Assembly (NCBI GenBank): GCA_030704615.1
Contig: CM060733.1
Coordinates: 28,210,001-28,274,000 of the forward strand
Length of the DNA stretch: 64,000 nt
Direction of reading: 5' to 3'
Origin: Takakia lepidozioides
Taxonomy: Eukaryota; Plantae; Bryophyta
Shown: positions 12,387 through 26,592 of the stretch, in pieces
Layout: each line of letters opens with the position of its first letter
Numbering within the stretch: position 1 is the first letter of the stretch
Program-made: the position numbers and the translations under genes
The notes under the pieces: model-generated
Database searches by the model: none
Told to the model about the DNA's origin: nothing
The model's input: the letters and a program-made list of their open reading frames with translations, nothing else

Positions 12387-15300
12387 TCAAACATATTTTC
12401 CTCTGTATTTAGGTCTGAAGTCCTGGTCATTTGCGTGTCCACCAACAGGGCCTATAGCCGCCAACTTTAGATTTTGGGCCTCAAGAGCGAGGGCATCTAA
12501 TGGAGAGAACACGAGACTGTGAAGGCTACCCTTCTCCCTATTCTCTTCTGTAAACTGCACATGATTCTTTTTAAACTCTACATGCTTTCTCTGGGCACTA
12601 GCTGCCATTGCCTCTGTGTATTTACTGGTCTTTTCCATAGTCAATAGACACCGGGACCATCGTGTGCTCAAAATCTGCTCACTTTTGGCCACCAGTGTGA
12701 AGCAAGGATGCCTTGGGAAGTGGGCATCTGAACAATCCTCTCGTGCTGCAGGGAAGAAGTAGACTAGTCTTCCTCCCATGACAAGTAAACGGGCTGCCAA
12801 ATCAAGAAGATCATGAACACATTCCACCAATGTATATGGGGCAGTCGAAGGAATATGATCTGTGCGCATTTCCTCAGGTATAGTGTAAGCTTCCCTTTTT
12901 CCATTCAGCATTTTCCGACCTCCAGATTTGCGACCTCCAGCTCGCACACCATATGGTGGGTCACAAATAATTGCATGAAACATCTGCAATCCAATGACCA
13001 ACAAGAACAAATTATGGATTCTTCAGGTCTTTCCACAGTGAAAACCAAGGGTAATCCCCTTAACCCTCTTCCCCACAAAACGATGCCAGCAGAGAAAACA
13101 GTGCTTCCATTAAAGATAAGATGAAGAGCAAGGAGTTCACCTCTGCCACATTTGGACGCCATGGTGGCATGTTATTGTCCGCACGGATGAGCCCTAATGG
13201 TGGTGCCAAGTTGTACTGTGTACAAGTAAATAAAAACTCATTAATTAGGTCCAACTCAGATCCACTTTGTGCAAGGGGGCAAGAGAGAAAAGCAAGAGGG
13301 AGAGGGATAGAGATTCTGAGGGCTTCCACCTTCGGTCCTTTGTTGCGTTTGTGACTTCTCTAGGCTTTGTCAAGGTCTTATAGCTAATGAAGGTTGATCT
13401 AGGGTCTTGCCCAATTAGCAAAAAACGGTCCTCATTGACTGCTGTGATCATAAGCTTGTGGTAATGATTAGCAAAGTTCGACCAGCAGGCTATCTTGGCG
13501 AATTGTTGGGTTTTCACCCAATAATGCCAGAGCACAGCCAAAGGTATAGGGGTTGAAGGGTTATTTAAGGTGCTGTATTGGCAAAATAGAGGAAATGAAG
13601 AGAGGGAGAGACCTGTTTGAAGTTGCTCCAAACGTTGCAATCCGGGCCACGCCCATCACGAACAACCCTTATATCAATATCTGCACCCTACACCATGTAC
13701 ACAAATACAATAAATAAGTACTTCACCAATTTGCTCATTGGGATCAGCCTACATTATCCACAAACCAGGGCCTTTATTTGGAGCACCACTGACCTGGCTG
13801 ACCAGCCTTGCAGCATATTTTCCTGAGAACTATTTCACCACATCAAGTGTGTAAGCAAAATCTTTATGGATGATTATATGAGTGATATTATTTCGCCTCA
13901 AAACAGTGATTACATCCTACATCTCCAGGACACTGTATATTGCAACACATTCCTTATGGCACCGAATTCGGAAATGGTCGCCTCTTTTGTGCATACAAGA
14001 GAAGTTGTGAGAAGACTAACCACGGTCAAGGCCCCATAGTGAGCAGCTGCAATGAGGATACTTCCAGTTCCAACAAAGGGGTCATAGACAAGCTTCCCGG
14101 GCTCCACCAAGGCCTGATTAGCCATTAGGAGTGCCATTTCAGCGTCCATAGCTGTGGGGCCCAGATATCTGCGCCGACTTAGCTCGTATTTTGAAACCAA
14201 GCTGCGATTTGCTGCTCCAATCTCACGGGCGAAATACATGCGCCTGGCTTCCAGAGGTGGCAAGCCATTGTTTACAACTTGCCCATCTGTCTCTATTAAC
14301 CAAAATTTATGCTGTGGGTTCTTCAGCCGCACGTGGCCCTGCAGTCAAACAAGGAAATCTCATATGATGCTATGCTCCAATCACTACTTCAGAAACTGTC
14401 AAACAACCAGGTAGCATGTGAGCAAGGCAGAAGTGCACACCTTGAATGGAACGTAATCAACGCTTTTGATGCGGGCAGTCTGCTCAATAAAGTTGAGGAC
14501 TTTGCCAAAACAATCAACCACAATTTTGAATGTAGTATCTTCGGCCAGATAGGGTGCCTTCCTTTCTTCGGGATAGCTCCAGACGGCTTCCTTCAGTTCC
14601 TCATGGGTGTTTCCCTCCCCCCACACCTCATACATTCCCTTCAAGAGTAGGCCTGTGAAGAGCCACGTGTAAGGTATGCAAGCTTCTACCATTTTTGGAC
14701 TCTTCAGACACTGCTGTCCTTGGCATCATTGCCACAAACACCACCTCAAGTGGACAAAGAAAAAAGTTGGGTTTATTTGGTGGGGAAGACTAGTAGAGCT
14801 TCAGGGCACTTGGCCCAAATTGAAGCTTATCGTTAACAATACAATCCCATTTGGCCCTCCAAATGCTAACCCTGGCATGGGTTCGTCTAAGAATTAACCC
14901 CACATTGCATACCACAGCTCGAAGTATATTGCATCATTACAGTCAACTGCACAAGAGTCCAAGCCATTTGGAAAGACGCGACGATGGCATTGTGGTTAGA
15001 AGCATACCCAATACATCTCATCAGTCTGTGTACCCTTCCCTCGACATAATATCCACAGAAAGGCACAAGGGTCTTTCTTGTGAAACCGAGCGACTATTAC
15101 TGATCATCGAAATTAGTCAACTCTGGAGCAAGACTATACCCCAGCAAGAGAGAGAAGGGAGAGATGTGTGTTGTAGGACTGTCTTGCCCAAAAGGAGAAG
15201 TGGACGAGAGAGATGATAAATAAGGGGGGCTGGTCATACTGCGGGTGGCAATTTTTTGGGCAATTTCTTCGGAAGGAAGAAACACATAGTAGAACGGAGA

Positions 15301-15447
15301 GTCGGGATGGTGCGTTGGCGCCTGTTTCCACTGCAAACCTTGACCTGGATTTTGGCCGTCACTGACTCCATACAGCTTTGCCAAAGCCTCTACCTCCGGA
15401 AGCCGGTAGTCCAACAATCTGTGCAGAAAATAGCAGAGGTACCACAT
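12387..15447 (-). CDS. TRM11: tRNA (guanine(10)-N2)-methyltransferase, 6 coding exons
   Basis: Exons 15240-15447, 14441-14652, 14021-14338, 13613-13687, 13141-13215, 12387-12983, all GT-AG and in phase. Motifs HRLLDYRLPE, YLGPTAMDAE, VYDPFVGTGS, GADIDIR, AIICDPPYGVR. Confidence 0.96.
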
Positions 15448-15825
15448 CCTTTTCTACTTCGCGATAAATGGCACTAAACCTTCTCCACCCACCACTCTTG
15501 TGAAGGACTACCATGGAAAACTGAAGTCGCCCCGCTCGCATATCTGTAACATGACATGAAAGAAGCAACGAGTGAAAACATACCATTCATACCGCCACAC
15601 CTACCTAGAAAAATTTATAAAAGAATCTATGACAGGAGCCCGATCTACCTGAATGGTGTAAGAGACCAGTCACCATATAAAAGATTCTTAATTCAACACC
15701 GTCTCTGTGATTCCAACCTCTAGAGAAAAATGGAAAGGTCAGAGACTTACCCAACACTTCCACAGCTACTACAGCAACTCTCCGTTTGTTTTCCCGCTTT
15801 CTTCCCTCTCAACGGAACCAGGTAG

Positions 15826-15841
15826 TTAGGGTTAGGGTTTT
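15826..15841 (-). promoter_or_regulatory. Telo-box (AAACCCTAA) in the TRM11 5' region
   Basis: Minus strand reads AAAACCCTAACCCTAA about 380 bp upstream of the TRM11 ATG. Telo-boxes are typical of plant translation-apparatus genes. Confidence 0.6.
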
Positions 15842-16195
15842 GGCAACGTAGCGTATAGACTTCCAGCAGTTTCCGTCCGGAGATTGACGAGAGAATTATT
15901 CGGGCATCCTCATCCCTTCCCCGCGCTGCAAGACACCTCCCCGTTATTTTCCGGTTATTTTCGGGCAGTTCGGGCACGTTCCAACAAACTTGACGACGAC
16001 GATGACGTAGTGAATATGACATGGCGACGATGACGAAGCACTATAGCACCCTATTCCTGCTCTAGGCTGAGCTAGCTTCCGACCTTCGGTCATCGCTAGA
16101 ATAAGTGTCTTCTTCAACAACAGGAAAACCAAACATGCACACAAGCCTGCCATAAAAGAGGAGCCATAGTGCATGAAGAATTGGGAGCTCAGCCA

Positions 16196-19100
16196 TTAAG
16201 CAGATGCAAGTGCATCAGGGCATTCCTCAGTAATCTTATGTATCTGTAGCAACAAATGCTCACCCACTACACGTTTGATGATGTTGGCCAGGGGGCCATC
16301 TAGATGGATACCCCCACCCTGGGATGGCAAGGCAAAAACTACTCGATTCACATCACCTGCTACTGCTGTTTCATAAACCTCTTCAAACACAGTCCTTAGA
16401 GCAGTGATAACCCCTTCATAGGGCCTGTCTCCAGATGGCACTACGTTCATGGCCAGAATGCCCTTCTCGTGCAGTGCAATACGAGCACCCATGAGAAACT
16501 TGGGCTCAAGGAAGGAGGAAGGGGGAGAGCTAAGTCCCAAGCGTGCATCTCCTTCATCCACATCCACAATAATGACGTGCATTCGAGGATCATTTGGATC
16601 ACATGCGGCTTTCGTACCTCGCACTTCGTTCGAGTCACATTTTCCAGAGGGGAGATCGGGAGATCTAGGAACCAAGAGAGCTGGTGTATACTGCCCAATA
16701 CCAGGTGCTTGTTCATGAAACCCACAGTTTTTGCGAGTGTTCCCTCTCCCAAGGGACTGTTGCAGATCACACTCGGACCCATCTAGATGGGCTATGAAAC
16801 TATTACGACCTAAAAGAGCTGGAACGAGTTGACCCTTGGTGGCACTTTCCGTAGAATGACCGAGGGGAGCACCACTATTCTCCTGGACCGAAATCTGCTC
16901 CATGCAGGTGCTCTGGTCTGGATTGGAGAAACAAGTTCCAGCCCTCACTCCCCTATACATCTCTGCCTCCTGCTTTAAGCCCAGACTAGCAGCAGCTGCA
17001 CTTACCTTAACTTCATCCCCAGCCATGAACATAAAATGTGTTTCCTGTGTAGCACCGCTCTTCGAACAAGCAGAAAAATCTATTGATCTGACTCCAGGGC
17101 CAGAACGTTCCTCCCCCATGAAGTGCTGCCCAGTAGTAGCCACTTTGTCATCAGAAGCCGTCCCCCAGCCATTACTGCAGCCTACCACCTTTTCTTTTCC
17201 GTCCTGTGAAATGGAATGGACCTCCCCAATCAAGTCTCTAGAGTGAGCCTCCTGTGGGAGGATGCTTTCATGCATGGGCAGGCAGGCTGCCCCAGAGAGG
17301 TCAGGGGAAGAATCATCATCATGGGCATTTTGCCAAGCCTTGACGAGGGGGGTTGCAATGAGACTCATGTTTGCAACTTGTGTTGCAATTCTGTCAACAA
17401 ATAGGCCCCCATCCCCAACTTGCAGTTTCATGCACTCATCTTCCACAAGCCCGAAGTGCCGGCGTGCAAGATCCAACACAACTTCATCCGCATCCACTCC
17501 CTACATGGATCCATCATTACACTGTCAAATTTTCTCACTTGGCAATCCATATCTGAGCTACCCAGACAGTGCTTGCTGTAGACACATCCAAAGATTTTAG
17601 AGTGAGAGAGAGATAGAGGACTGCAAATGGCTTGATTAACAAGATCCTGTCTAACAAAACCCAAGGATTCGCAGTAATCAGTACAAATGTTTACATGTAT
17701 CATCATCCAAACACGAGTTCATCCACTCCAAACACTTTGAAGTGCACAACCTCTGTGCAGTTATATCTACTGCGTTTGCATAACACTTTCGGCAAAATTC
17801 TGGCACCAAATCCACAAGCTGCCAAAGAGGGGTTTATACACAACTACCTTCACAAACATATTGGAACACAGATTTACCTGAATATGAAACCCAAAATGTT
17901 TGTGCAAAAAAATTGGTAGAGCCCCTCCACCAACCCCAATCGCCAGCACTCTCACCTTCTGACCAAGTCCCATGCAAGCTTGCAGGCACGGTGCTGCCAG
18001 AACAAGACCTGCCACAATGGGTGCTAAATATTTATGTACCAAATGTGTGTGGTCGAGTGTATTTCCATCATGCAGTACTCTCAGATTCTGACTTTCTTTG
18101 ACACCCAAGTTCCGACATTCCTTCTTTTCACAACAAGGCTCATGCTCCATTGCTTCAGCCTCAATGCCCCTGCCTGGAGGAATCAAGACTCTCTTTGAAG
18201 TATATGATTGTAAGGATCCCTCACTCAGGTTGCTATTTCTTGCACAACAACAGCGATGCCTACTCTCTTCCGCCATCAGACCCTCAGAAATTGAAGTATC
18301 TATCTCCAACACCAAAGGACAAACAAGAGCAACTTCTGTCTGAATCAAATTGGGCATTCGCTTGAATCGAAGCCTACGCCTCCATACAAATCTAACATCT
18401 TTGCCACTTCCAGCTTCATCACTATTCAACTGCTTTAACAAGAGCACAGAATCATCTAACGGGCTAAAGTCATTGCACTCCTGAGCAAATTCAACTTGCT
18501 GTCCAGTCCGCATTTTGGGATTTTCCAACAAACATGGCCCCCTGTGTGACACAGATAACTCTGATTGAAACTTTGGGGATTGGAGCTGTTGGATAGATGG
18601 TCGGGATCGGTGGCATTCTGACAAACTAAGCCCGAACTCTGATCCAAAGTCCTGACCATCTTCAGGGTCATCCTCCTCCATGAGCTCCACGTCTTCTACC
18701 ACTATGAGGCCTGTCACTGGCGAGAAAGCTTCCTCTACCACCACCCGGCGCACAATGTTGTCTGTATATGCAACAAAAGGGATGACTGGTGGCCCATTCT
18801 GGAAGCAAATCCTTGGCGCCAGGGCAACTACAAGCGACCCCAATTCCTTCTTCAACGCTTCATCCGCGCAAATAGGGCACTCACAAATCCTGCGCAAGTC
18901 CTCATGTTTTTCTTTCACTAATATCTGATCTCTCCTCGCATGCTCTCCATGGGAACTCTCTTTGTCTTTCTCTCTCACGTTCTTGTTTATCTTTTCATCT
19001 TCATGCATTCCTCCCTTAATCCTCTCATATGCTTCACCCTCTTTTTTTTCTTTTCTCTTTCTTTCCTTCCTCCTTTTCAATCTCCCATTCGATTCCCTAC

Positions 19101-19905
19101 ATTCTCCACGTAGTCGCTGTCTCTCTCCCTCCTTGCAGTGAATCTGTCTCTCTGTACGCCTTTCTAAACGTTGCACTTTCTTCTCCTTCCCATTTTCGCC
19201 AAGTCCCTGTCTCTCGCTCATAAATGCACCTTCTCCATCAACGAATTCCATCTCTGTAGACAGTTGTCCCCCAACACTCTCTCTACTCTTCTTATTTAGT
19301 CTCTTCCTGCTAACAGAGTCTGCAATAACATCCTCAAGATTTCTTTTCTTTTCAAAAGCATGTATTTTAGGCTCTTCGATCAACTTGCATCTACTGCCCT
19401 GCATACACGCTGTCTCCTTGGAATCCTCTTGAAATTCTGCTCCCTTGCCTGTACAACTATGCCACATCCTTCTCCCCCGATCACCTTTTCTTCCACAATT
19501 TTCATACTCTCCCGTTTTTCTCTTTCCCCGTCCCTCCTTTGCAATCGAGTGATTTATACGTCCTGTGCGAGTTCTAGATCGAAACCCACTTTGATCAAAC
19601 GCTCTTGAACAATTTCTGAGTATGACTACAAACCTAGATACCCCTGCAGATGCAAGTAGCTGCCACTGGCCTCCCTCAGAACAATAGACCCAGTCCTCTT
19701 CTCTGCCCCTCGGAACCAGCATGGCCGCACACTTCACCTGGCTGTCTCTCTCCACGGCTGAATCCAGTACAACCACAGTAACCGTCCTCTCCTCTGACGC
19801 TCCGCCTCCGCTTGGACAGCTTCTGCGAGGATAACTTAACACAAGCCGACGGCCCGGTTGCACATGCTCAAATGTGTCTGTTTCCAGATCCAAGGACCTG
19901 TCCAT
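16196..19905 (-). CDS. METTL13 (eEF1A methyltransferase) C-terminal-domain / spermidine-synthase-like SAM methyltransferase, ~1110 aa, 2 exons
   Basis: Exons 17878-19905 and 16196-17500, phase 0. Motifs CAAMLVPRGREEDWVYCSEGGQWQL, VVEDVEL, RRRLRFKRMPNLIQTE, LVHKYLAPIVAGL, VLAIGVGGGALPIFL|GVDADEVVLDLARRHFGL, IIVDVD, GILAMNVV. Confidence 0.9.
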
Positions 19906-20403
19906 CGCCCCCACTAGCAAGAGACAACTGAGAGAGAGATTCCAGACCTAGGTACATCTCTACTCTCATTCAGGTTTAGGTGCACGACCGTATACTATAA
20001 ATGGGGCACCGCGCTTTTCACTAGACGTTGTCCACTTGCTTCTTCCTCACTCGAGCGATGACGAATCTAGATCAACACATCTAGAGCATTCATGCGACTC
20101 TCCCAGATAAGCTGTTCACGTGTGATCTACAGACAAGGACGAAAGGCGCTGAGTATGTATATTGATTGTTGTGAATCATATAACATGTGGCATTTGCTTC
20201 TTACAAAAAACACAGCTCAACTCCAGATTTCAGAGCCCTCCCTCTTCTATCTTTCAAACCAAGGTAGGCATATAAGTGTTGAGCACTTTACTGTTTTACT
20301 TTGCATCTCATGAAGATCAGACTACATCTACCAATTTTGCTGCTCCTAATTTAGGTTAAAAAAAATCTTTCTTTTGTATGCTCAGACTGTGTCATTGAAC
20401 TCT

Positions 20404-23400
20404 TCAGCTGGCGACAAGTCCTTCAGTCTCCTTGTCAACTGCCAACGTTGCAGCAGCACCTAGAACCTGCCCATCACCAACACAAGATTTAGATCAGAAG
20501 CTGATAATACATGTTGAGTATCACTGAAGTAGTATTCAAAATTCAAGTAGCTCAACCCCTTCTCATCAGCTCATTTTTGGCGTGTAGTGAGACACAAATG
20601 CCTAGAAAAGCTGGACAGTACACAGGATGATTTGACCATCAAAGGCTGGTCTGTGATATCATCTTTGGTTGCCTTTACCTAGGTGGTGAAACTGCCGTGT
20701 GCCCAGCTCCATGTCCATGGGCAAAGTTCACAAGTTAGAAATACAGAACCTAGTTCAGCATTTGTCGCCTCAAAAGTCTCCCTAATAGAATGTGCAATTG
20801 CATGACAATGTCACAAAGCACAGCTAACATTGGTATAGCAGTGACAACTTACATGGCTGTTCCAGTGTGATTGAATATAGAAGAAGTGGTAAACGAAGCG
20901 TGTGCCAAAATATAGCACAAGACACCACCATATACCCTTGAGGCCCCAATTGTTTCTAAATGTGAGAGCCAAGGCAAAAAGAACTCCTCCCAAGTTCAAA
21001 AATTGCATCCGTGGCAAGTACGCAAAATCACCTGCAGGCGGTCAACAAACAAGTGAGTACTGTACGTCTAAGAGCAGCTTGTAGATTCTCATGGCTGTCT
21101 AGTAGTAGCAAACAGACAAGACGGCAAAGCCAGAGAGGAGGAATGATTTACCACATGCAATAGCAATGCCTTCAATCACAATCACCATAGCGCACAACAA
21201 TTCACACAGCATACTCTGTAGCGTCACTGACTTCACCAACTGCCTAACGCGTTCGTCAGATGTGAGCCAAGAAGCGCCGAAGTAGTGAACCGATGCCACA
21301 CACCCCATCAATAACACTCCAACCACAATTGCAAAACCCAACAGCATCCGTGCCACAGCTTGTGCCCTCTGTAATCATTCACACTTCCATGATCTCAAAG
21401 ACTCTCCATTTCTTTCTGAAAAGTCTCTGTCCCCCTAATTTTGGGATTAAAGACCTTTAAGGAGATCAGTTGCCCAACAAATAACCCAAGATAAATCTCA
21501 CTACTGAGGTTAGCCTTTAATCGTGTAGCTGCTTTCCCGCTCATATTTGCAAAAGCATAATATGAGCTCATTGCCATGAACCTCCAAGAGGATTTCACTG
21601 TTAACCAATTGTGGTTCATGCAGTGATCAAAAGGCATCCATGTACTTGGTGTTCTCAGTGGTATTTGGAAAAGCTTTGCCCAGGCAATGTGGTCTATATT
21701 CCAAGACAGGATGAATCAGTAAGGAAATTTACTGGTCATCCCCCAGCACAAAGATGTACACAATTGCAATATTTAGCTAGTTGCATGCACACTGTCTTCC
21801 AGAATGGATGCCAAGTGATCCCCTTTATTTGCTAATAAAGGACTCTTTAACAGTGTAATAAGGGGTAGGTGGAACCTTTGGCTTAGTCTTCACATGGCAT
21901 GCTACAAGTGATTGAGCAGCAATTGAGAGGGATTCCGGAATGTAGCTCAATGTCCAGAACACCTAACCAGGAAAATGAAATGTAAGTATCACTCATGTGA
22001 AGAACAAACCACACGAGATTCCTATCAAAAGATAAACAGTAACCTGGATTTGCAGAAATGCTCAGTGAACATCAAAAGTCCAAATCGAAGAAATTTCCAA
22101 GAAAATGATGAGACCCTGAGAAGTCACAGGAAGGTACACGTACTTGCATAGCGACTTGGTGGGCAGCCATACTCAAAGTCCCTGAAGATGCTGCTGCCTT
22201 TGCCATCAATGTATATACAGCCTGCATTGCGAATTTTCTAAGATGCTTAGCATTAATTAGATGGCAGACAATGACCATATCGGCAGACCACAACACTGAT
22301 GGAGACTTGAGACACTCCATGCAGGTTCAGACTTACAAACTAAGTTGAAAAAGACGGAAAGATACCAGTTCTCAGCACCAAACATCAGTTGAGAAAGTAA
22401 GCACCACCCAGCTAGAAATAGAAATCAAATACACGTACCATGCCAAGAGCACACCTCAAAACCAAGGGACCAGCCAGGGTCAAAAATGGTCCAAGCACTT
22501 CCAATGTAGGAAGGCCATACCATCGAACTTGAAGCGGAAGTTGCTGAGGCTCATCATGACCTTGTTCTGCTGTCCTCAAAGACATTCTTGTTAACGCTCT
22601 CACCAACAGGACGACAGCAAAATATTGAGAGAAAAGTGTTGCCCACGCTGCTCCTGCAACTCCCCTGAATGTAAGAATCAACATTAACAGTGGTCTATGG
22701 GTGTCGGAAACCATATCTGCTTGCTAAATCTCAAATTGAATGGGAATTTTTTTCTGTTTCTGTGAGCAAAACTCATGGCCAGTATATATACTTATATCTC
22801 ATATGTGACAAACAATAGTTTGGATATTCTGTCCCTCCCAAAGAGTGCAATCAAGATAGTACAAATCACATCACATTGCACTCTAGATTTCCTCATCTCA
22901 CAGCATCAAGAGCTTGAGAAGATATCTACTGCTTTTTTATGTAGGAGACTCTCTAGGACCACTTACTTACAATTTTGTAGTTCTATGGGGCTTGTCACAG
23001 GCTGGTGACTTGATTCCCCAAATCTGTCTAACCGCTACAGAAAACCCACAGCTAAGTACTGACAACATGAAAGAAAACACTAGTTGATCTTCAGAGTTGC
23101 AAAATGTTGGTTGAAGTTAGAATAGATGGATCATACCAGCCAAGACGCAGAGTTAGAACAACATCTCCAACTACATTGAAGGCGGCAGCCATGGTATTGA
23201 TGGCAAGTGGAGTGCGAGCATCCTGGCGCCCCAAGCATGCACCTTGGCCAACAATCAAGACCAGCACCGCCGGCGCTGTAAACCACAATCTTGGTCAAAA
23301 ACATAATAACAGATGCATGACTATACAAGTCATCTACTGCATTGTAAATCGAGACCATAACAACTCATAATGGTGGCAGGATGTCACTTCCCGGTTGTTT

Positions 23401-25698
23401 AAATCACCCATACAATTTATCTTGATAAATCAAAGACAATGGGGAAAACTTCTAGGATGGTAACTCAACAAAAACTAATAATCAGCTGCTATAGGAATAG
23501 AGTTGTTATATAGAACTTCAGTTGAAGAGGAGAGCTTTGCACCAGAGAGAGCACGCACGCGCAGGTAAATGAGTGCAGGCTCCAGATAGTCTTTTCCCGT
23601 CCCCATGATACCCAATAGTTGTTCAGCAAATAGCTCCATAATTATAATGACAGCAAGACCAGAGAGTACTGCCAAAACTAGGGCATGGCTCAGGAGCTTG
23701 GATGCCTGTCAAACCATAACCAGAAACCACTGAGACTTAAAATATATGAAGCAGAATCCTTTCCGAAAGGCTTAACATTCATGACATGAAGCAAAGGTTA
23801 ATTGCCAATGACCACAGGGCTGGGGATGAAGCAAAGTCTTATAGCTAATGCTGTGATGGTGAGACCAATATGTAAAGAAGAAGAAGAACACAAACACGCC
23901 AGAAGAGGTCCAGGGAGCATATGGAACACAATCCCACTTAAGAGCAGCTGCAGAGCATGTCAAAACCCAGCCTGCTTGGAGGCGAGGTGCCTCATGCAGG
24001 ACTTAAGACTGCAAATCTTCATGTTAGCATTTGTCACCACACACATGTAAGCATACATGTCAGAGCAAAAAGAAAAGAGAATTGTTTTAGACCAGACCTG
24101 CAGTTGCTGATCTTCAGATGTGGATGCTTGAAGGCCAATGCTGGCTAACAAGTTGCAAGTGGCTGCGCCCAAAAATGTAAATATCTGCACAGACTCTGTG
24201 TCAAGGCACAAGCTTAAAAGAACACAGTTATCTAAGTTATGCATTGACATTAGTACAGCTCTGATTTTTGCAAATATCCATCATTGTGGTTCAGCAGATA
24301 TAACATCAACTTGTCATCACAGATAGTTCACCACACCAAATCCATGATGTGAAGCTCGAAACTTGGCTAAAACAAATTATTTTCCACTATATACAGACAA
24401 GCTGAGGAGAATCGAGATGGATCCAGCAAGGTGCAAGCAGCTCTTGTCACCTGGAAAACAAAATTGAAAATTGAGGTATTTGGGCCAAGCGCAGCAAGTT
24501 GGATGGAGCCCACTTGCCCAACACAGCCTGTATCAATTAAGCTCATTACTGGATCTGATAGCCTGCCAATCCCATACATTGTCCAGTGAGGACCAACAGC
24601 ATGGAGCCATGGACCCTATGGTTGTCTCACTGAGAGTTTGTTTGGTAGACCTGAGGTCTACATCAAAATATCATTCTACCTGGAGGGACTATCCTGTTGC
24701 ACCATAAATGGACATTGGCAGGGAGAAGAAGTTTTGATAGAGTGGAGTGGATTAAATACGAGTATAGAGAGCTACTTGCTGTGTTTTCCAAGGAAATATA
24801 GGCTCCACAACAGCTGATTGAGCTGTGTTTGAACCATACTCCCACAGGCCCTGTATTGAGGGCATTCAGGGGCTGCCGATGTTTCCATACGGACACCTTT
24901 CCACTCACAGATCAAGCGCAAGCAACTGTTCGGTTGAACCTGCGCACCTAGACAATTTGCAAAAGGAAACTAGAACCCACTCTGCCAGAAACTTGTGCAA
25001 TTGCATTGGCTGAATGCCTCTCTTACTCTCTCCATGCTAATCATCTCACTAATAACACTAATTCTGGTATGGATACAGATCTTGTAGAAATCTGCAAGTG
25101 CAGCCCACATGTCCAGAGGTGACTGACAGATAATTGATTCTCATGATTTCACATTTCCTTTAGACTGCCTTTAATCTCCTCCTCACCTACCCAGGTATCT
25201 TCCGCAGCAAGAAGAGGAATGCTTTTAAGCATCATCACAAACACTACAATCAACAAACACTGTTAAAGCATTACTATACACTGGGGTGGTACTCACACAG
25301 CTCCAAGAGCTGGCACCACCAGGTTCAGGATGCTTCTTAAAACATCCTCCTCCTCCCGTGCTCTCGAGCCTGCTTGTTCATACAAAATGAGAAAAAGAAA
25401 AGGCTACAGGAACAAAGAAGAACAAAGTTGGGAAGTGAAAGACATCATCAATTACACAATTTGAAGAGATGGGCCCAACTTTTTCTTTCTGAAGCAATAG
25501 CCATACTTGATCATTGTCCTACCTCTCAAACGACAGCCCAGCATGCACGGCACTTGGGTCACACATGTGGGAAGAAGTTCGTGCTCACAACTCTAACACA
25601 TTTCACAGCAATTGCTCTCAAAGATGTTGTCTCTGAACGCGTGCCCCCAAGGTTTCACAGTACGACACTCTCTCTCTCGTTCTTACCGAGCGCGACAT
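20404..25698 (-). CDS. MATE efflux transporter (DinF-like, EDS5/DTX46-47 type), at least 12 exons; start codon uncertain
   Basis: In-phase GT-AG exons give VPALGAV|LSDPVMSLIDTGCVGQVGSIQLAALGP, YLRVRALS|APAVL, QGACLGRQDARTPL, GVAGAAWATLFSQY, MAAHQVAMQ|VFWTLSYIPESLSIAAQS, GLKGIWW. Stop at 20404; start could be 25698 or 25818. Confidence 0.92.
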
Positions 25699-26592
25699 CT
25701 TTAGAAAAAGGACAGTCTAAAAATTGCATTGCGTCGTTCTAACTAGAGAGGACAAGGAAGAAACCTTGTGGGGTAGCCTCGAAAGCAGGCGGACAACTTG
25801 GCTTCCACTCCCCGCCATCCTGCAGGTGGGTAACACGAATTAGATATATAATTGCCCTGTTGGCATTGTTTGACAATTCATGTTAATACAATCACTGCAC
25901 TCTGGGACGTATTTCCTGGTACAAAGTGAAATTGGAGCTGCCATCTGCAAGTGCAATTGTAATCATGAGCATTCTCTCCCTGTCTCCTAAGAGAGAGTTC
26001 AATTGTGGGTGGATGTCTATCTATCTATTAACGAAGCATAAGAGAGGTATACGAGAGATTTTACCGACCTGTTGGATCTCTAATGCATCCTCCGAAAAGC
26101 TTGCATGCATCCTAACGGTGCCGATCGAGAGTGACTTTATGGATAATCTCAAGCTGGGAGGACGAATAACCGTGGCGGGTGGGCGCAAAGCATGTGGTGG
26201 TACATTACTACGTACTGCGGAGAAAGATGAGCGAGACACTTGCAACATCATCACAGGCTGCCGAGTGAAGAGTTGCAAGCTACCTGATCAGCGCAGAAAA
26301 AACTCTGTGAAAGGTTGCAAACCTCATTTCTCTGCACGAAAGTTGCGGACAACCTGATCTGTGCACCAAAGAGTGGAAGCCAAATTTGTTAGTGAAGATC
26401 CAGTGAAGAGGTACAAACAATAGCGGGAGAAAAACTCTCTACAGCAGTGGTCGTGATTGTCCATCTCTCAACAATCGTTCCTTCCTTCATGTTATCGTCC
26501 ATTTCTTGACTGTTCGTTGCGTTACCGTAGAGGGAATTTTGAATGTGGGCGTCAAACGAAACCCTACCAGTGTTGTTTTTGTGGACTCTAAG

